Assembly: GCA_045807245.1 (NCBI GenBank)
Contig: JBJMHS010000007.1
Location: 1-64,000 of the forward strand
Source: Actinomycetales bacterium
GTDB lineage: Bacteria > Actinomycetota > Actinomycetes > Actinomycetales > CAVURS01
DNA length: 64,000 nt
Direction: 5' to 3'
Shown here piece after piece: positions 17,801 to 27,056 of the stretch. The number at the start of each line of letters is the position of its first letter. Within the stretch, counting starts at the first letter, position 1. A program made the position numbers and the translations under genes. The notes beneath the pieces are model-generated. The model did no database searches. It saw only the letters and a list, made by a program, of their open reading frames with translations, and was not told the origin of the DNA.

Positions 17801-19408
17801 ATGCCGACGGGTTCCCTTGAGAGTTACCGGCACAAACGCGATTTCCGGCGGACCCCGGAACCGGCGGGCGGTCGAAAGCCCGTTCCCACCCCGGCCGCAG
17901 GTCGCCGGTTCGTGGTCCAGCGGCATCGGGCCCGCCGGCTGCACTACGACTTCCGGCTCGAGGTCGATGGGGTCCTGGTCAGCTGGGCCGTCCCCAAGGG
18001 ACCGACCCTCGATCCGTCTGTACGTCGATCCGCCTTCCACGTCGAGGACCATCCGTTGGAGTACGTCGACTTCGAGGGCGTGATCCCCAAGGGACAGTAC
18101 GGCGGGGGCGATGTCATCGTCTGGGACGCAGGCACCTGGACGCCGTACGAAGCAGGAGACCCACCCGACCCGGCTGCTGCCATCACCGGCGGCGAGCTCC
18201 ATCTCGACATCCATGGGGAGAAGCTGCGCGGCCGGCTCGTCCTCGTACGGACCCGGACCGACAGCTCGGGCAGGGAGCAATGGTTGTTGCTGCACAAGCA
18301 TGACCAGTTCGCGGTCGACGGCTGGGACGCCGAGGACCACCCGCAGTCAGTGCTGAGCGGCCGCACCAACGACGAGGTCAAGGCGCACCCGGACCGGCTG
18401 TGGCGCTCAGACCTTCCGGCCAGTCTGGCCTCCGTTGTGGCCGACCCGACAGCGGTGAAGCCGCCCACGCGCGCCGAGCGGTCGGCTCTCACCGAGCTGA
18501 AGAAGTCTGGGACGTGGCGCGTCTTCGGGCGCGACTTGCGCGTGACCAACCTCGACAAGGTCCTCTTCCCGCCACGGGCGGGGGGCCAGGCTGTGACCAA
18601 GCGCGACTTCCTGCTCTACACGGCGCAGATCGCACCGACCTTGCTGCCCTATCTCACCAACCGTGCGTTGAACATGCACCGCTATCCGAACGGTGCTGGC
18701 ACCAAAGGCTTTTGGCACAAAGAGGTACCGGACCACGCGCCGGACTGGCTGCCGCGCTGGGACAACCCGGCGGCCGACGAGGGGGAGACGCAGACCTACC
18801 TGGTGGTCAACGAGCCGGCGGCCCTGGTGTGGGCGGCGAACTTCGGGGCCCTCGAGTGGCACGCGTGGACGTCGATGGTCGACGAGCCGCAGCAACCGAC
18901 GTACGCGATGGTCGATCTCGACCCGGGTGACACCACGACCTGGGCAGACCTGCTCGTGCTCGCTCGGCTGCATCGCACCGCGTTCGAGCATCTTGGCGTC
19001 GTGGCGCGTCCCAAAGTCACTGGGCGACGGGGCATTCAGATCTGGGTGCCCATCTCGCGGGGGCCCAGCTTCGACGACACCCGGGCCTGGGTCGAGCAGC
19101 TCTCCCGGACGGTCGGGCGTGTGGTGCCCGAGCTGGTGAGCTGGAAGTGGCAGGTCAACGAACGCTTGGGGCGTGCCCGGCTGGACTACACGCAGAACGC
19201 GATCAACAAGACCCTCGTGGCGCCGTACAGCACCCGCGCCGCGCCGGGTGCTCCCGTGTCGATGCCGATCGACTGGGACGAGCTGGACGACCCGGACCTC
19301 GCCCCGGACGGGTTCGACATCCACAACGCCTTGCCCCGGCTCGAGAAGCGCGGGGACCTCTTCCTGCCGGTGCTCCAGTCCCGGCAGGAGCTGCCGCACC
19401 TGAGTTAG
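17801..19408 (+). CDS. LigD-type 3'-phosphoesterase + primase-like polymerase fusion, no ligase domain
   Basis: YRHKRDFRRTPEP, FVVQRHRARRLHYDFRLE and SWAVPKGP (PE); TNLDKVLFP, RYPNG, DLDP, DYTQN and VAPYSTRA (PolDom); AGGAGG RBS. Confidence 0.9.
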   Translation: MPTGSLESYRHKRDFRRTPEPAGGRKPVPTPAAGRRFVVQRHRARRLHYDFRLEVDGVLVSWAVPKGPTLDPSVRRSAFHVEDHPLEYVDFEGVIPKGQYGGGDVIVWDAGTWTPYEAGDPPDPAAAITGGELHLDIHGEKLRGRLVLVRTRTDSSGREQWLLLHKHDQFAVDGWDAEDHPQSVLSGRTNDEVKAHPDRLWRSDLPASLASVVADPTAVKPPTRAERSALTELKKSGTWRVFGRDLRVTNLDKVLFPPRAGGQAVTKRDFLLYTAQIAPTLLPYLTNRALNMHRYPNGAGTKGFWHKEVPDHAPDWLPRWDNPAADEGETQTYLVVNEPAALVWAANFGALEWHAWTSMVDEPQQPTYAMVDLDPGDTTTWADLLVLARLHRTAFEHLGVVARPKVTGRRGIQIWVPISRGPSFDDTRAWVEQLSRTVGRVVPELVSWKWQVNERLGRARLDYTQNAINKTLVAPYSTRAAPGAPVSMPIDWDELDDPDLAPDGFDIHNALPRLEKRGDLFLPVLQSRQELPHLS

Positions 19409-19486
19409 CGGACCGGTGTCTGTCCTGGATGACTCGAGCGGCGGCATGCCCAGCCTGGTCCTCGTCCGCTCGCGCGGGACGGCCCC

Positions 19487-20947
19487 TCAGGTGGCGCAGA
19501 CCCGGATCGTGTCCAGGGACGGATCCGCCGCGTCGGGGATCACCATGCCCGCGGCCAGCCCGGACCGCAGGTAGTCGATCACCGGCTGCTCCAGCCGCTC
19601 GCCGGGCAGCACGACCGGGATACCCGGCGGGTAGGGCGTGGCCTGCTCCGCCGCGATGCGCCCGGCCGCGCGGGTGATGGGTATGGCTTCGGCCGGCCCG
19701 AAGAACGCATCGCGCGGCAGTCGGACCGTCTCCAGCTGGAGCTCCTGAGGGCTCGGCAGGTCCACGGGTGTCGGACGCGGCAGGTCGGAGCTGGCCTCCG
19801 CCAGGGCACGCACGCCCTCGATGAGCCGGTCGGCGGTCTGGCCGTCGTCGGCATAGCCGAGCTGCGCGGAGATCCGCCGGTGGTCGGACAGCCCGACGTC
19901 GATGCGACGCTCGGCGCGCAGCCAGTCGGCACTCTGGTACCCCGAGATGCCGAGGTCGGCCACGTCCATGACGATCTGCAGCGGGTCCAGGTCATGAGAG
20001 GCCTGCTGGCCGAGGAACTCCTTCCTCATGACGCGGATACCGTCGATGTCGCCGAGGGCACCGCGGGTCGACTCGGCCAGCTCGAGTGCCGCTCCGAGCA
20101 GCTCCTTGCCGTGTTGCACCATCTGCCGTCGCCAGCCGTCCATGGCGGCGTACAGCATCACGTTCGAACTTGTCGTCGACAACAGGTCCGCGCAGGCCTT
20201 CAGGTGTTTGGGATCGATGAGGTCGCCTTGGAGGTGGAACAGCGAACCCTGCTCGAAGCCGGAACCCATCTTGTGAACGCTCACGACGCAGACGTCTGCA
20301 CCCGCGTCCATGGCCCAGGTCGGGAGGCCGTCGTGGAACGGCAGGTGCGCACCCCAGGCCTCGTCCACGATCAACGGGACTCCGCGGCGGTGACACGTCT
20401 CGGCGATACCGGCGAGATCGGCGCAGGTGCCGTACGGCGTGGGGCTGGTGACCAGCACTCCCGCGGCATCCGGCCATGTGGTCAGCGCCTCCTCGACCGC
20501 GGCGGGCGACGGCGGGTGGGCCAGGTGCCGATCCGCGTCCCAGCGAGGCTGGATCCAGCGAGGCTGGAACCCGGCGAGGATGACGCCAGCGACCACCGAC
20601 TTGTGGGCATCACGCCCGATGAGCATGTCGCCCGCGATCCCGGCGACCGCGAGCAAGGCGCTCTTCACCGACAGCGAGCTGCCGCACGTGGAGAAGAACG
20701 CATGTTCGGCGCCCACTGCGTCGGCCATGAGCTCCTGGGCGCGCTCCAGGACCTTGCCGGAGCTCGAGCGGTCGTCCAGCCCGGCCGTGGCCAGGAGGTC
20801 GTCGCGGAAAGGTTGCTCCCCCAGCACTTCACGCACTCGTGGGTCGACGCCCCGGCCCTGCTTGTGACCAGGCGGCGTGTAGCCGTACCGGTCGTTCCGG
20901 TGGTAGTCGGCCAATGCATCGAGGACGGGAGCCTGGGCGTGGTCCAT
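19487..20947 (-). CDS. Orn/Lys/Arg decarboxylase family PLP enzyme
   Basis: PPGHKQG, DAHKS, TSPTPYG, VDEAWGAH, SVHK (PLP lysine) and PYPPGIP. Confidence 0.92.
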   Translation of the reverse strand: MDHAQAPVLDALADYHRNDRYGYTPPGHKQGRGVDPRVREVLGEQPFRDDLLATAGLDDRSSSGKVLERAQELMADAVGAEHAFFSTCGSSLSVKSALLAVAGIAGDMLIGRDAHKSVVAGVILAGFQPRWIQPRWDADRHLAHPPSPAAVEEALTTWPDAAGVLVTSPTPYGTCADLAGIAETCHRRGVPLIVDEAWGAHLPFHDGLPTWAMDAGADVCVVSVHKMGSGFEQGSLFHLQGDLIDPKHLKACADLLSTTSSNVMLYAAMDGWRRQMVQHGKELLGAALELAESTRGALGDIDGIRVMRKEFLGQQASHDLDPLQIVMDVADLGISGYQSADWLRAERRIDVGLSDHRRISAQLGYADDGQTADRLIEGVRALAEASSDLPRPTPVDLPSPQELQLETVRLPRDAFFGPAEAIPITRAAGRIAAEQATPYPPGIPVVLPGERLEQPVIDYLRSGLAAGMVIPDAADPSLDTIRVCAT

Positions 20948-20949
20948 AC

Positions 20950-21264
20950 CTAGGGTGTCTCCGCTTCCAGGGACGTGCGTTGTATCAGCGCGTCCACGAC
21001 CTCTCCGGGCACGTCGTCCTTCTTGGCCTTCTTGGCGTCCTCTTGTTGCTGGACCTCGACGCGGGCGGCCTGCCAGGCCGACCAGTGACCGGATACCAGC
21101 GCCCAGATCGACAGAGCCGAGACGTAGACGACGCTCTTGACCCACCCGGTGTAGACGGAGATCGGGATCATCACGAGCCAGAAGATCGCCAGCCAGCCGT
21201 TGACCCGGCGCATGAACACCGGGTCGCCCTCGATCAGACTCCACAGCTTCATCACAGGCCGCAT
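20950..21264 (-). CDS. Small two-TM membrane protein, unknown function
   Basis: AGGAG RBS; WLAIFWLVMIPISV and YVSALSIWALVSGHWSAWQAAR followed by a charged tail. Confidence 0.7.
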   Translation of the reverse strand: MRPVMKLWSLIEGDPVFMRRVNGWLAIFWLVMIPISVYTGWVKSVVYVSALSIWALVSGHWSAWQAARVEVQQQEDAKKAKKDDVPGEVVDALIQRTSLEAETP

Positions 21265-21381
21265 CAGATCTCCTGGTCTCGCTACGTGCTCAGCGTGCAC
21301 CGCTCACAGTTGTTCTGCACCCTCAAACCAGGACATCGGCCGTAGCGAGAGCAGTACGTGGATCGATCAGGAGGACGGCAC

Positions 21382-21613
21382 GTGACCACGACCGCAGTGG
21401 AAGCTGCTAACAATGAGCCGTTCAAACGTTCCAGGGCGTGACGAACACTCATGAACCGGAACTCATCTCACGAACCTTCGACGAGATCGTGAAACCAGAC
21501 TTGCCGATCCGAACACCCCTTCCTTCCCGACCTCCACGTCACGATCGAGGACCTGGTTGCGGAGGGAGACAAGGTCGTCGGGAGGAACTCAGTAACGGGA
21601 ACGCACCAAGGGT
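21382..21613 (+). pseudogene. Ester cyclase (SnoaL-like) pseudogene
   Basis: AGGAGG RBS plus GTG; fragments ...ELISRTFDEIVKPDLPIRTPL and PDLHVTIEDLVAEGDKVVGRNSVTGTHQG in different frames; cut off at the ABC ATPase stop. Confidence 0.8.
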
Positions 21614-22447
21614 TTAGGCCTGCATGCCGGGTGTCTGTTCGAGCGTCGTTGCGCCGGTCATGATCGCCACGGCCTCGGACATGGTGTGCGACTTGGGTGT
21701 GATGACGCCAGCGTTGCGGCCGAGTCGCTGGATGTGGATGCGGTCGGCGACTTCGAAGACGTTGGGCATGTTGTGGCTGATCAGGATGACCGGCAGGCCG
21801 CGGTTCTTGACCTGCTCGATGAGCTTGAGGACCTGACCGGTCTCGCGGACGCCCAGAGCGGCGGTGGGCTCGTCGAGGATGACCAGCTTGCTGGCGAAGG
21901 CCGCGGAGCGGGCCACGGCGACGGCCTGGCGCTGGCCCCCGGACAGGGTCTCGACCGCTTGAGCCATGTTCTGGATGGTGCCGATGCCGAGCTCAGAGAT
22001 CGACTGGCCGGCGGATCGCCTCATTCCGTTCTTGTCGAGCATGCGAAGGACGGACCCGAGGGGGCCGCTACGGCGGACCTCACGGCCGAGGAAGAGGTTG
22101 CTGGCGATGTCGAGGGCCGGCGCGACGGCCAAGGTCTGGTAGACCGTCTCTATTCCGGCCTCTCGGGAGTCTTGCGGGCGCTTGAAGTTCACCGGCTCAC
22201 CGTCCAGCAGGATCTGGCCGGCATCCGGGAGCAGTGCTCCGGTGATGCACTTGATCAGGGTGGACTTCCCGGCGCCGTTGTCGCCGATGATGGCCAGGAC
22301 CTCCCCTGGGTAGAGCTGCAGGTTCACTCCGTCCAGGCCGACGACCCGGCCGAAGGTCTTGACGATCGCGCGAGCCTCCAGGACGGGCCGGCGGCTCTCC
22401 ACCCTGGGAGCGCTCGAGGGGGTTTGGTCGGTCGTGACGCTGGTCAT
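21614..22447 (-). CDS. Monosaccharide ABC transporter ATP-binding protein (FrcA-like)
   Basis: GDNGAGKST, LSGGQRQ and ILDEPTAALG. Confidence 0.94.
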   Translation of the reverse strand: MTSVTTDQTPSSAPRVESRRPVLEARAIVKTFGRVVGLDGVNLQLYPGEVLAIIGDNGAGKSTLIKCITGALLPDAGQILLDGEPVNFKRPQDSREAGIETVYQTLAVAPALDIASNLFLGREVRRSGPLGSVLRMLDKNGMRRSAGQSISELGIGTIQNMAQAVETLSGGQRQAVAVARSAAFASKLVILDEPTAALGVRETGQVLKLIEQVKNRGLPVILISHNMPNVFEVADRIHIQRLGRNAGVITPKSHTMSEAVAIMTGATTLEQTPGMQA

Positions 22448-23475
22448 GCGCGTACCTTCCTGATCCATTGGTCAACCGCGACGGCGACGATCACCAGGAC
22501 ACCGATCGCGAGCACTCGGTACTGGTCGTTGACCCCGGCCAGCGACAGACCGCTCCGGAAGAAGCCGACGATGAGGGCGCCCAGGAGCGTGCCCCCCACG
22601 GCGCCGCGGCCGCCGAACAGGCTGGTCCCGCCGATGACGACGGCCGTGATGCTCTCCAGGTTGGCGTCGGTCAAGGAGTTGGGGTCGGCGCCTCCTGCTC
22701 GTCCGATCAGGATCCATGCCGTCACGCCGTAGATGGCACCGGCGACCGCGTACACACTCAGCAGAACGGCATTCACCCGGATTCCGGCCAGGCGGGAGGC
22801 CTCGGCATCATCGCCGACGGAGTACACATGTCGTCCCCACGCGGTCTGGCTCAACGCGAACCCTGCGACCGCATAAAGCACCAGGACCAGGACGACCCCG
22901 GTGGTGATGCGGAAGGGCCCGATGGGGAAGGTGGTTCCGGTCCAGTTGATCAGGCCGGGTAGCGAGTCGCTCTGGATGCTCTGCGCCTGCGAATAGAGCA
23001 AGGCGATGGCGGTGAAGACGCTGAGCGTGCCGAGGGTAACGATGAACGGCGGCAGCTTGACCCTGGTGACCAGCGCGCCGTTCAAGGCCCCACAGGCCAG
23101 GCCGACCGCCACCCCCACGGCCAGGGCGAGCACTCCGGGCAGACCGTTGCCCTTGGCCAGCTTGGCCATCACGAGCATCGACAAGATCGTCGCTGCCCCG
23201 ACCGACAGGTCGATGCCTGCGGTCAGGATGATCATCGTCTGCCCGACCGCGAGCGCACCGACGACGGCCACCTGTTGGAAGACCAGCGAAAGCGACTGGG
23301 CGTGCGCGAAGCGGGGGTTGAGGACCGAGAACACGACGAAGGAGATGACGAGCACCAGCGCTGGGCTGATGGTCGGGTGCGAGTGCAGGACATGCTGGAC
23401 GCGCTGGACGGGAGAGTGTTGGCGTGCGGCGAACTGTTCCGCAGCTGTGGCCGGCTCTTGCGTTGCGGCTGTCAC
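22444..23475 (-). CDS. Monosaccharide ABC transporter permease (FrcC/RbsC-like)
   Basis: GIDLSVG, LPPFIVTLG and AVVIGGTSLFGGRG. Confidence 0.94.
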   Translation of the reverse strand: MTAATQEPATAAEQFAARQHSPVQRVQHVLHSHPTISPALVLVISFVVFSVLNPRFAHAQSLSLVFQQVAVVGALAVGQTMIILTAGIDLSVGAATILSMLVMAKLAKGNGLPGVLALAVGVAVGLACGALNGALVTRVKLPPFIVTLGTLSVFTAIALLYSQAQSIQSDSLPGLINWTGTTFPIGPFRITTGVVLVLVLYAVAGFALSQTAWGRHVYSVGDDAEASRLAGIRVNAVLLSVYAVAGAIYGVTAWILIGRAGGADPNSLTDANLESITAVVIGGTSLFGGRGAVGGTLLGALIVGFFRSGLSLAGVNDQYRVLAIGVLVIVAVAVDQWIRKVRA

Positions 23476-23552
23476 GTGGGACCTCCGAGGTAGGCGTGGT
23501 CTGCGCGGCACAGGGCCGCGCCCACCGTTGCACCGGCGCTGGCGGGGGACAA

Positions 23553-23617
23553 GGTGGCTGGGCTGGGTGGCTGGGCTAGGTGGCTGGGCTAGGTGGCTGG
23601 GTTAGGTGGCTGGGCTT
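23553..23617. repeat. 5 x 13-bp G-rich tandem repeat
   Basis: Consensus GGTGGCTGGGCTA in five near-identical copies between the SBP and permease genes. Confidence 0.95.
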
Positions 23618-23628
23618 TCTTGGCGGTT

Positions 23629-23666
23629 CACGGCCGGCGGTGGCGGATGGACCACCGCCGGCCGTG
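23629..23666. terminator. 15-bp perfect stem-loop after the SBP gene (mRNA stabiliser/attenuator)
   Basis: CACGGCCGGCGGTGG-8 nt-CCACCGCCGGCCGTG. Confidence 0.75.
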
Positions 23667-23680
23667 TCGGCGTGGCTGCG

Positions 23681-24772
23681 TCAGCCGACGGTGCCCCAGC
23701 AGATCTTGCTGCCCTCGTCGCTGGTGATGCTCTCCACTCCATCTGCCGGCTTGTCCGTCACAAGCGCCTCGCCGGTGTTGAAGAAGTCAAGGCCGGGCGA
23801 CGTGCTCGGCTTGGACTTGTCCTTGGCGTACTTGGCGATCGCCTCGACCCCGAGCTGCGCCATCTTCAAGGGGTACTGCTGCGCGGTAGCGCCGAAAATC
23901 CCGGACTTGACCTCGCTGACACCCTGGCAGCCACCGTCGACCGAGACGATCGTGGCGGTCTTGCCCGCGGCCTTCAGGGCGTCGCTTGCTCCGGTGCCGG
24001 CCGGCTCGTTGATCGAGTAGACCAGGTTGATGTTCGGGTTCTTGGCCAGGCAGCGCTCCATCGCGGTCTTGCCGTCGGGCTGGTCGCCCTGCGTCGGCTC
24101 GTTGCACGCGATGGTGTAAGTCCCGCCGGAGTAGTTGCCGGTCGACGCCTCATCACCGTTCTTCGCCTTGTTCTTCACGTCGATGCCCATGCCCGTGAGG
24201 AAACCCTGGTCACGGTTGTAGTCGACTGACACGACCTTGTCGTTGAACAGGTCAAGCAATGCGATCACCGCTGGCTTGCCGTTCATCGTCTTGGCGGCCC
24301 ACTGCCCGATCAGCTCACCCGCCTTGAAGTTGTCGGTGGCGAACGTGATGTCGACCGTGCTCGGGGGGTCCGGTGGCGTGTCGAGGGCGATGACATAAAG
24401 ACCCGCGTCACGGGCCTTCTTGATCGCCGAGTTGACCCCAGGACCGTTGGGCGTGATCAGGATGCCCTTGTCGCCCTTGGCGATCGCGTTCTCGATGAGG
24501 GTGATCTGCCCCTGCTCGTCGCCGTCCTTCGCACCAGCGCCGACACTGAGGTTGACGCCGTTCGTTGCCGCGGCAGCCTTGGCACCCTTCTGCATGGCGA
24601 CGAAGAACGGGTTCGTTGAGTCCTTGGTAATCAAAGCCACCGCGACCTTGCCGCCTCCGCCCGAGCCGGAACTGCTGCCACCACATGCGGCGGCGAGACT
24701 GACCGCGGCCAGCGCGGCTAGCACAGGGGCGGTACGACGGACGAGCGTCCGTGAGCGTGTGGTTAGGGGCAT
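23681..24772 (-). CDS. Sugar ABC substrate-binding lipoprotein (FrcB/RbsB-like)
   Basis: Lipobox LAAAC; LITKDSTNPFF, ATDNFKAG, INEP and VDGG. Confidence 0.93.
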   Translation of the reverse strand: MPLTTRSRTLVRRTAPVLAALAAVSLAAACGGSSSGSGGGGKVAVALITKDSTNPFFVAMQKGAKAAAATNGVNLSVGAGAKDGDEQGQITLIENAIAKGDKGILITPNGPGVNSAIKKARDAGLYVIALDTPPDPPSTVDITFATDNFKAGELIGQWAAKTMNGKPAVIALLDLFNDKVVSVDYNRDQGFLTGMGIDVKNKAKNGDEASTGNYSGGTYTIACNEPTQGDQPDGKTAMERCLAKNPNINLVYSINEPAGTGASDALKAAGKTATIVSVDGGCQGVSEVKSGIFGATAQQYPLKMAQLGVEAIAKYAKDKSKPSTSPGLDFFNTGEALVTDKPADGVESITSDEGSKICWGTVG

Positions 24773-24819
24773 CTGTTCGGCCTCTCCTGGTGACGTGGTG
24801 GGAACATCGCTGCGGCAAT

Positions 24820-24833
24820 TGACAACGTTGTCG
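24820..24833. promoter_or_regulatory. LacI-type operator 1
   Basis: Palindrome GACAACGTTGTC with central CG. Confidence 0.8.
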
Positions 24834-24898
24834 AGAGCCCAGTACGGCATGGAAGGCCGCTCATGTCAATGGGTTGTAACGGGATCGTTAAACGTGCT

Positions 24899-24912
24899 AG
24901 ACAGCGTTGTCA
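24899..24912. promoter_or_regulatory. LacI-type operator 2
   Basis: GACAGCGTTGTC, one mismatch to operator 1. Confidence 0.75.
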
Positions 24913-24934
24913 TTCACGATCTGGGGAGGAATCG

Positions 24935-25945
24935 GTGCGAAAGCGGGCGACGATCCGCGATGTCGCGGCCCTGGCGGGGGCCAGCCTGAAGACCGTCTCC
25001 CGGGTCATCAACCGTGAGCCGGGTGTGTCCCCTGAGCTGGCCGCCCGGGTCGAGCACGCCGTGGCTCAGCTGGGTTATCGGCACAACATGGCGGCCAGCA
25101 ACCTTCGCCGCGGGGTCCGTACGTCGAGCATTGGTGTTCTGCTGCACGACCTGAGCAACGAGTTCTCGGCCACCCTCCTGCGGGCCGTGGAGGACGCCAC
25201 GCGACCGCGCGGCATCGCCGTGTTCTCAGCCAGCCTCGACAACGAAGCCGCCCGCGAGTCCGCCTTGGCCACAGACATGGTGTCGCGGCGCGTGGACGGT
25301 TTGGTCCTGATGCCCACGAGCTCAGACCAGAGCTATCTCTTGTCCGATCTCCTGGCTGGTCTGGCCGTGGTCGCTGTCGACCGGCCGGTCAGCGGCGCCG
25401 ACGTGGATACCGTCGTGGTCGACAACGCCGGCGGAGCATCAACCGCCACCAGGCACCTGGCCGAGCGAGGTCACGAGCGGATCGCTCTGTTGACCGACCG
25501 GATCACGTTGTGGACCGCCGCAGAACGTCATCGCGGGTACGTCGCCGGACTCAAGGCGGGGCGACTGCCGTACGAACCAACGCTGGTCGTGACCGACGTA
25601 TCGTCCTCCGCGCAGGCCGCCGAGGAAGTGCACCGCCTCATGCGGCTTCCCGACCCACCCACTGCGATCTTCGCCGCCCGCAACAACCTCGCCGTAGGCA
25701 CCGTACGGGCCCTCCAAGAACTGGGTCGCTCCCAGACCGTCGCCCTCGTTGGCTTCGACGACTTCCCGCTCGCCGACCTCGTCCAACCCGCCGTCACCGT
25801 CGTCTCCCAGGATGTCGCTGCCGCCGGGGCATCTGCCGCCCAGCTGCTGCTCGAGCGCATGGACGGCGGTGCAGCATCCCCGCGCCGAGTCGTCCTGCCC
25901 ACGACCCTCGTCGAACGCGGCTCAGGTGAGATCGCACCGGTCTAG
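24935..25945 (+). CDS. LacI family transcriptional regulator
   Basis: TIRDVAALAGASLKTVSRVIN HTH; VGFDD; GGGAGG RBS. Confidence 0.95.
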   Translation: MRKRATIRDVAALAGASLKTVSRVINREPGVSPELAARVEHAVAQLGYRHNMAASNLRRGVRTSSIGVLLHDLSNEFSATLLRAVEDATRPRGIAVFSASLDNEAARESALATDMVSRRVDGLVLMPTSSDQSYLLSDLLAGLAVVAVDRPVSGADVDTVVVDNAGGASTATRHLAERGHERIALLTDRITLWTAAERHRGYVAGLKAGRLPYEPTLVVTDVSSSAQAAEEVHRLMRLPDPPTAIFAARNNLAVGTVRALQELGRSQTVALVGFDDFPLADLVQPAVTVVSQDVAAAGASAAQLLLERMDGGAASPRRVVLPTTLVERGSGEIAPV

Positions 25946-26243
25946 CCCTGCACGGCCGGTGGACTGCGACGCTACAGGTGCCTTGTGGATGAGCTTCACT
26001 CCGCCACCGCCGCCGTCTGGGCCGCGCTTCGACGTGGCGTAAGGCATGGGCCTCACCTGCTCCCGGGGAGCATTGCCAGGGCCCAAGTCCTGGGTGGAGC
26101 GCCCGGACGGCGCCACCGTTGCGTTGACGGACGGCGCGCCGATGCCGGTAACTGGAGGTGCGACCGAGAGCACTGATTTCAGGAACACTGCTCAAGTCGG
26201 CTCGGACACCCGAGCTGTGGATTCCGCCGCGGTATTGCGGTCG

Positions 26244-27056
26244 TCACCAATGCAGTGCGTCGATGAAGGGCCGGTTGCCCGCGAGCTGGGTCCGCGGAGG
26301 GCCCAGCGTCCATGACCAAAGCACCGTCACTCCGGCGCCTGGGATGTCCAGGAGGATGTACTCACCGCGCAGCGTTGCGTTGTAGCCCATGGTTGCGTTG
26401 TGCCCGTCGGTAAACGTGGGGGCGACCGCGCCTTCCTCCAGTTTGGCGGCTCTGAGTGGCGCGCGTGGTTTGAGCGCGGCGGACACGCGCCAGGCCGGCC
26501 GGCCGTCGACCGTTATGGGGGCGAGGTTTACATCGGTCAGGAAGGGCCGCTTGGACAGCCAGTTCGCCATTGCCGCCGCTGTCGTCCCGGCACTGGGATC
26601 CCGTGACCAGGAAGCGTCGTTGCGGACAGGTACGGCGTTCTCCAATACGCTGACACCCGCGTTGTGGACGTCAGTTCGGTAGGACTCGAAGCTGCTGTCG
26701 TTCTGCCGGGCGATGCCTTCGAAGTTCTCCGGAAGTGTCACGGTCACGGGAACGGTCAGCGAGATCCGGAACCGGTTGGCGCCGACGCAGAGGATGGTGA
26801 CCTCGTTGCACGGGTCGTCGAGGGCTGACGTCGCTGTCGGTGCAGGCCGGCTAGCCGCGGGTGTGTCGGCCGGTCGTGCCACCTCGACCACCCCCGCCAG
26901 GAGTACGGCGGACACTGCGACCGCAGCAGTGATCGAGAGGGTCTGCTGGCGTCGACGCCGGTGGTGCAGCCGGCGGAGCATCATTTCGGAGTCGATGGTG
27001 GCGGTCGCGCTTCGGGCCGCCCCGGCGGCGGCGTGGCCCAGCTCGTCCACTCTCAT
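26244..27056 (-). CDS. Putative single-pass anti-sigma factor
   Basis: ATGA-coupled to the ECF gene; short N-terminus, RRRR, TM helix, extracytoplasmic domain. Confidence 0.65.
   Translation of the reverse strand: MRVDELGHAAAGAARSATATIDSEMMLRRLHHRRRRQQTLSITAAVAVSAVLLAGVVEVARPADTPAASRPAPTATSALDDPCNEVTILCVGANRFRISLTVPVTVTLPENFEGIARQNDSSFESYRTDVHNAGVSVLENAVPVRNDASWSRDPSAGTTAAAMANWLSKRPFLTDVNLAPITVDGRPAWRVSAALKPRAPLRAAKLEEGAVAPTFTDGHNATMGYNATLRGEYILLDIPGAGVTVLWSWTLGPPRTQLAGNRPFIDALHW

Noticed and set aside
23553..23617. 13-bp repeats as a CRISPR array
   Set aside because: Units are contiguous with no spacers and too short; no cas genes.
25922..26188. 88-aa minus-strand ORF after the anti-sigma gene
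   Set aside because: No RBS or recognisable motif; probably decayed sequence.
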